Assembly: GCF_006345805.1 (NCBI RefSeq) | Contig: NW_021833525.1 | Coordinates: 1 to 28,603 of the forward strand | DNA: 28,603 nucleotides | Reading direction: 5' to 3' | From: Octopus sinensis | Taxonomy: Eukaryota | Shown: in pieces, positions 22,031 to 28,603 of the stretch | Layout of the letters: every line of letters begins with the position of its first letter | Position numbering within the stretch: position 1 is the stretch's first letter | The notes under the pieces: generated by a model | What the model was told of the DNA's origin: nothing | What the model saw: only the letters and a program-made list of their open reading frames with translations | Databases searched by the model: none | Program-made: the position numbers and the translations under genes

Positions 22031-23360
22031 AAGGAACGGTAGTCATTCACACACATACGCAGATGCACATACATGTTTATATATACTCATACATAGTCAT
22101 ACACCCGTGAGTGCGCATGACCATACACAGTCCTAAGTACGTATTTATGCTTTCACACATATACATAGACACGTGCGCACAAGTACTCATTTGTTCAGAT
22201 ATATATACACACAAACATACATACGTACGCATATATACGTGCGCGTATATACGCAAATACGTAGATACACATACGCATGCACATCACACGGCGCATACAT
22301 ACGCATATGCATAGGTACACAGATACACAAACGCACACACGTGAGTACACATTACGCATATAAATACACATACGCACACGTCTTCACATAGAAGTTGGAG
22401 TATGAAAAAAAGGATAAAATTATTAAAAAAACAAAACAAAACAAAGGAAAGCAAGCGAACCTTTTTTCTTTCACAAGAACTTCTCAGTGGAAGACACAAC
22501 AATATTAGAATATTTCTATAAATTCTTTCTTAATTGTTGTTCATGTTGTTGTGTCGTTGATTCATTAGTGAAAAATTAACAACAAATATTAAAAAAAATA
22601 ACTGTAGTTAAATGATGAAATGAAACAAGAAAAGAGAGGGATTATTAAGGAAACAAGTTTCGAAATACCTTGCGACATGGAATTTTACCATTTGCCGGCA
22701 GTTTTCTTTTTTCTCATTCATTTATACCACACGGAAGCAAGTAAGGAAAAACTATTTAATTTTTTTTTTTCACTGCTGTACTTTTTGTAGGCTTTTTCTA
22801 TCAGTAATTACCGCCTTTTCATTCTTTATCATTCTTCTCTGTTTTTATAAAAATGTTCCGCCAGCATTCATTATTTTTAAGTGTAGTTACATTCTGGTTT
22901 TGATGTGCCTTTGGTATGACCATTTGCACAATCCTTTCAACTATTTAGAAGCTATATCCTGTTCCTGAGTAGCAAAGGTATAGCCTTCTAGGTGAAACGT
23001 TCTTCTCATGTTAACGTGATGAGCGATTTGTGTTACATTTCTAAAATTCACATCTTTCTACCGATGGATCGATCTAACTATATTTGTATATTATTTCGCA
23101 CACGCATAATGATACTAATAACATGGTGTTAGAACTCAATATATATTTGTTTCAGAACAAAGGTTTAGTCGAGTATAGAACAATAACAAGAAGTTAAAAT
23201 GATAAAAGGAAAACTATAGATTATGTTGTGTACTTCATTAGCTTACAGCTGCTTCTGCAATAAGCTGCAATGCATTCAGTTGAATGCTTGTGTATCACGC
23301 TACAGCTTCATCAGAGCTTAAACTATGGAGTACAATTTTATTTGGAAAAGCATTTAAAGT

Positions 23361-23361
<1 letters not shown>

Positions 23362-23451
<90 letters not shown>

Positions 23452-23535
23452 GTGTGTGTATGCATATATACATACACACATACAACACAAACACAAACAC
23501 TTTTTATATATGTATGTATTTACACACACACACAC

Positions 23536-23583
<48 letters not shown>

Positions 23584-23610
23584 TATATGTATATATATAT
23601 AATATATATA

Positions 23611-23641
<31 letters not shown>

Positions 23642-24054
23642 AGTATATATAATGTATATATAATATATATATGTATATATATATATGTAATATATATGTA
23701 ATATAAGTATATAGAATATATGTATATATATATAAGTATATATATGTATATATATATAAGTATATATATGTATAATATATATGTATATGTATATATGTAT
23801 AATTGATGTATATTATATATATGTGTGTATATGTATATATGTTATATATATGATATATATATGTATATATATATATGTATATATATAATGTATATATATA
23901 TGTATATATAAATGTATATATATATTATGTATATATATATTATATATATGTATGTATATATATGTATATGTATGTTATATATATGTATATATATGAATAA
24001 TGTAAGTATATATATGTATATATATATGTATATATTATATGAATATAGATATAT

Positions 24055-24085
<31 letters not shown>

Positions 24086-24165
24086 GTATATATATATATG
24101 TATATATATATGTATATATGTATATATATGTATATATATGTATGTATATATATGTATATATATAT
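23362..24165. repeat. (TATC)n followed by a long degenerate (TA)n/(TATG)n tract; similar tracts at 24476-24920 and 26015-26422
   Basis: Direct reading. Confidence 0.95.
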
Positions 24166-24167
24166 GC

Positions 24168-24472
24168 ATATTGTTATATTTCGGAATGATCATTTTGCCA
24201 GTTTAGCCAATAAAAACACACGCACTATATATTTGGTGTTACTTTGCTTCAGTGTTATTTATTTTTTACATTAATCTTAATTCTTTCGTCACACTCCTGT
24301 GACCGCATCAGTGGTCCTTTGTTTTCTTCTTTCTTATTTGTGTCTCTCCTTACTAACCGTCGGCCATTTTGTATTTATTGGCTAAACTGGCAAAATGACC
24401 ATTCCGAAATATAACAATATCTGTTTCAACACACGACTTCACATAAAAAATCTTGCACAACAAATATATAAA
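24168..24472. mobile_element. Small element with 47-bp inverted repeats and an internal degenerate hammerhead-like core
   Basis: 24168-24214 versus 24374-24420 (one mismatch). Minus strand 24311-24284 reads CTGATGC-G-GTCACA-GGAG-TGTGAC-GAAA; (TA)n flanks. Confidence 0.65.
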
Positions 24473-24489
24473 CGTATATATATATATAT

Positions 24490-24566
<77 letters not shown>

Positions 24567-25013
24567 CATATATACGTTTATATATATATGTATATACAAG
24601 TATATATATGTATGTATATAAGTATATATATGTATGTATTTATATGTATATATGTATGGATATATATGTTATATATATAATTATATGTATATATATGTGT
24701 ATATATGTGTGTGCATATATGTGTATATATATATGTGTATGTATATATGTGTATATATATATGTGTATGTATATATGTGTATATATATATATATGTATGT
24801 GTGTATATATATATATATATATATGTATATGTGTATATATATATATGTGTGTGTATATATATGTATATATATATGTGTGTATATATATGTGTATGTATAT
24901 ATATATGTATATATATATATAATTTTAATCCAAACGGGAAACAAAAAAACAACAACAATGGAACAATTACAGTATTATTATTAATAGGCGCTCAGGAAAA
25001 GGAAGCAGATATA

Positions 25014-25083
<70 letters not shown>

Positions 25084-25117
25084 GTATATATATGTATATA
25101 TATATATATGTATATAT

Positions 25118-25388
25118 GAGGCACAATGGCCTAGTGGTTAGGGCAGCGGACTCGCGGTTTCGATTCCCAGACCGGGCGTTGTGAGTGTTTATTGAGCGAA
25201 AACACCTAAAAGCTCCTCGAGGCTCCGGCAAGGGGTGGTGATTCCTGCTGTACTCTTTCACCGCTCTTTCTTCTGTTGGCCTGCTCGCTTAGCCAGCGGG
25301 GTGGCGTCATTCGAAGGCTAAAACAATGCGAACGCATTGTGACCAGCGATGTGTAACTACATCTGATGGACTGGTCGGTCACGTGATA
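25118..25388 (+). mobile_element. tRNA-derived SINE family D
   Basis: A box TGGCCTAGTGGTTAG and B-box-like GTTTCGATTCC; inserted in (TA)n. Confidence 0.7.
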
Positions 25389-25693
25389 TGTATATGTATA
25401 TGTATATATATGTGTATATATACAAATTGAGATAGGGGTTGTAGATGCAACCCTCCATGGGATAACATATATCCAATCTACCGCTATTGTAATTATCACA
25501 ATATTAAGCTGAATGTGGAACATATATATGTTTATTGATCTATATTATTTATATTATTTATATCATTATGTATATGTATATTTATATGTATAGGAGTGCG
25601 AGTATATGCACTCATATGTATATGTATATGTTTTATTATGGGTATGTACCCACACCTATATATATGTGTATGTGATCTGATTTGTATCGCATA

Positions 25694-25783
25694 ATCTCTG
25701 AAGAGGCCTTAGGATATTTTTGTAAATGTCTCATTTATAACTACGAGACATACTTATCTGCATGGCCGAAACAGCTGTAAGAT
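25694..25783 (+). ncRNA. Type I hammerhead ribozyme with canonical core; predicted cleavage after 25779
   Basis: ATCT-CTGAAGA-GGCC-(55 nt with ATGTCTC/GAGACAT hairpin)-GGCC-GAAA-CAGCTG-TA-AGAT: stem I ATCT/AGAT, palindromic helix III ACAGCTGT, GTA triplet. Confidence 0.85.
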
Positions 25784-26183
25784 GTAGACTATATCTATAC
25801 TTATATTACTTATTTTTTTATATTATCTTATACATATTGTACTTACGTATAACATTACTCTTTATGTACACTCCTTTATGTACACTATTTTGTTCTACTT
25901 TATTATGTTTGTCCTTACAGTTTCTTATGTGGTGGTTTAATAAAGTATGTGATTGAGTATTATCTGGTAATCGATATTTGATTTAGATGTATTTCTCCAT
26001 TTTCTTATTTTATATTATGTGTATATATATATATGTATATATACGTGTGTATATATGTATATATGTGTGTGTATATATATATGTATATGTATATATATAT
26101 GTGTATATATATGTATATGTATATATATGTATATGTGTATATATATATGTGTATATGTATATATATATATGTGTGTGTATATA

Positions 26184-26214
<31 letters not shown>

Positions 26215-26422
26215 GTGTGTGGTGTGTATATGTATATATATATATATGTGGTGTGTGTATATATGTATATATATGTGTGTGTGTATATGTATATATATTG
26301 GTGTGGTGTGTGTGTATGTTATATATATGTGTGTGTTGTGGTATATATATATATATGTGTGTGTGTGTGTATATGTATATATGTGTGTGTGTGTGTGTAT
26401 ATGTATATATATATGTGTATAT

Positions 26423-26566
26423 AAAGTTAATCCAAACTTGAAAGCACAAAAAACACAACAACACGAGGACGTGGAACAAATATAGTATTATTGGATGCTC
26501 AGAAAAGAAGGAGGGCTTAACGTTTCGAGCGGAGCTCTTCATCGGAAACATAGAAGAAGGAAAGAT
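26423..26566 (-). mobile_element. HH-B repeat with minimal hammerhead motif at 26515-26549 (degenerate relative at ~24921-25008)
   Basis: Minus strand GTTT-CCGATGA-A-GAGC-TCC-GCTC-GAAA-C-GTT-AAGC; homologous to 10852-10977. Confidence 0.68.
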
Positions 26567-26571
26567 ATATA

Positions 26572-28202
26572 CAGTTGCGGCCAAAATGTTCAGAACGGCA
26601 TGGTTTTTGTCAGAAAAGTACGTATAAGTTTTTATCAAAGTTGTTTTATATTCTATAATTTTCACAGACAATAAATACAATATTAATTGGTATTGTCTTA
26701 GATTTTGGTGTAATTTGACAGGATAATACAAAAGGTATGGATGATTTAGTGATTTACTGCAAAACCCATGGTGGCCAAAATGATCAGAACGGTTGAAAAA
26801 ATAACAAAATAATCAAAAAGTGACAGAGAATGCTGGAATTATTTCATATTTAGTGTGAAGCCCTTTAGCTTCAATCAAAGTTTGACATTTTCGACTGCAT
26901 GGGGAAATTAAATTTTCATTTTCTTGCTGGGTGATCTTATTCCATTCTTCCTGAAGGGCATTCCATAATTGCTCGGTTGTTTTTAGGATTTCTGGCTTTC
27001 AAACGTTCTCCTAGAATATTCCACACATTTTCAATAGGATTGAGGTCTGGGCTTTGAGCAGGCCAATCCATAACAATAACCTTTTCAGCCTTGAGAAAGT
27101 TCATGACCACCTTAGCCTTGTGACATGGGGCATTGTCCTGCATGAATATGGGTGGTCGCTTAGTTGAATTTCTCAGCACAGGCAAGACATGATCTTTTAC
27201 AAGTTGTTTATAAACTCCTGCATTTACCTTTCCATGTAATCGTACCAAAGGGCCCACACCATCTCCAAATATCATCCCCCAAACCATGACACTTCCTCCA
27301 CCGGATTTAACACTAGTCTTAAGGCATTTAGGTGACAATTTTTCACCTGCTTTTCGACGAACGTACCTTTTCTCATCTGAGCCAAATAACATAAACTTAG
27401 ATTCATCACTGAAATGCACCGTTTGCCATTTTTCTTGAGACCACAACACATGTTCGGTTGCAAAGGTAAGACGACACATTTTATTCTTGGAGCTGATCAG
27501 TGGCTTCACTGCAGGTGCTCTTGCTTTTAGGTCATGTTCAACTAAAGGACGAGACACAGTTTTTCGAGATAAAGTTTTCTTCAGTACAATGCTCTTTTCC
27601 CGAAAAACAGCAACAGCAGTTTTAAATCTGTCCTTTTTAACCAACTGTACCATAGCACGATCTTTTCTTTTGGTGGTTTTTCTTGGCCTACCTATAGACT
27701 TTCTTGCTTCACACGAACCACAATCATCGTAGACCTTAAGAATACCGTGAACAACACTTTTTGACTTGTTAACAATCTTTGCAATAGATCTAATACTTAA
27801 ATTATCCTTCTTTCGAAGCTTAATAATCTGCTGACGAATTGGTAACGGAGTAAGTGGCATTATATTAACAAAGTACACTGCAGATATTCTTACTAATGTT
27901 TAGTAAATGAACCATCACGTAAACAAATTCAAAACATTAGAGTTCGACGGTTAAACATACTAAAACATGGAGTAAAACCAACCGTTCTGATCCTTTTGGC
28001 CGCCATGGGTTTTGCAGTAAATCAGTAAATCATTCATAACTTTTGTATTATCCTCTCAAATTACACCAAAATCTCAGACAATAACAAATGATATCGTATT
28101 TATTGTCTGTGAAAATTATAGAATATAAAACAACTTTACTAAAAACTTATACCTACTTTTCTGACGAAAACAATGCTGTTCTGAACATTTTGGCCGCAAC
28201 TG
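26572..28202 (-). mobile_element. Tc1-family DNA transposon, IR/DR type, 1631 bp
   Basis: TA TSD at 26570-26571 and 28203-28204; CAGTTG termini; 224-bp TIRs at 26572-26795 and 27979-28202, each with two GGCCAAAA.G.TCAGAAC direct repeats. Confidence 0.97.
26937..27860 (-). CDS. Tc1 transposase (DD34E) with one C-terminal frameshift
   Basis: ATG at 27860; paired-like HTH, GRPRKT, FSDESKF, MQDNAPCH, SPDLNPIENVW with 34 residues between D and E. Removing one A in the run at 26980-26984 restores PKTTEQLWNALQEEWNKI..EAKGLHTKY. Confidence 0.93.
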   Translation of the reverse strand: MPLTPLPIRQQIIKLRKKDNLSIRSIAKIVNKSKSVVHGILKVYDDCGSCEARKSIGRPRKTTKRKDRAMVQLVKKDRFKTAVAVFREKSIVLKKTLSRKTVSRPLVEHDLKARAPAVKPLISSKNKMCRLTFATEHVLWSQEKWQTVHFSDESKFMLFGSDEKRYVRRKAGEKLSPKCLKTSVKSGGGSVMVWGMIFGDGVGPLVRLHGKVNAGVYKQLVKDHVLPVLRNSTKRPPIFMQDNAPCHKAKVVMNFLKAEKVIVMDWPAQSPDLNPIENVWNILGERLKARNPKNNRAIMECPSGRME

Positions 28203-28558
28203 TATGTGTATATATATATGTATATGTGTATATATATATATATGTATATGTGTTTATATATATGTATATGTATATATATATATGTATATATACTCAGAAA
28301 TTCGGATGGTTTTATATTTACAGATATTTATTTGTATATTACATGTTTTTATACATCATATAACTTATATCATAGATCATATATTAGCGCTTTCTCCCAT
28401 TCTAGTGGGGTTTTCCAATCCAACTAAGTTCCTGTGAAAAGGTTTAGACCATTTTACAGTGTTATTGAGTGTGTAGTGGTGGGGAGGGATATAAGATAGT
28501 ACAAGAGGGTGATGAATGCTAAAGGGATAAAAAGAAGTGTGTGAATGGGGAGAAAGTG

Positions 28559-28591
<33 letters not shown>

Positions 28592-28603
28592 CATGTGTGT
28601 GTT

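Noticed and set aside
28380-28445. Minus-strand GAAAGCGCTA palindrome resembling a hammerhead 3' half
   Set aside because: No CTGANGA core or stem I upstream.

Overview
AT-rich, microsatellite-saturated eukaryotic DNA with no intact host gene recognisable by homology. The SINE families and (TA)n/(CA)n density suggest an octopus/cephalopod genome (inference). Most ORFs in the track are microsatellite artefacts. Supported content: a decayed CR1/L2-type LINE RT (1-1028), a near-intact DD34E Tc1 element with 224-bp IR/DR ends (26572-28202), two copies of an 8-bp-TSD MITE carrying (CCCTAA)n, and many tRNA-derived SINEs. Two things stand out. (1) Several small non-coding elements sit in (TA)n tracts and carry type I hammerhead-ribozyme motifs with palindromic helix III (Penelope/retrozyme-like). 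One is an inverted pair of ~470-nt monomers in different circular permutations (9739-10785), suggesting a circular RNA intermediate. (2) A head-to-tail array of three diverged ORF1-only units (RRM-like, zinc knuckle, basic tract, unrecognised C-terminal domain) has no ORF2 but shares a 3' RNA structure (12992-17160). Two possible minus-strand host exons are also noted.
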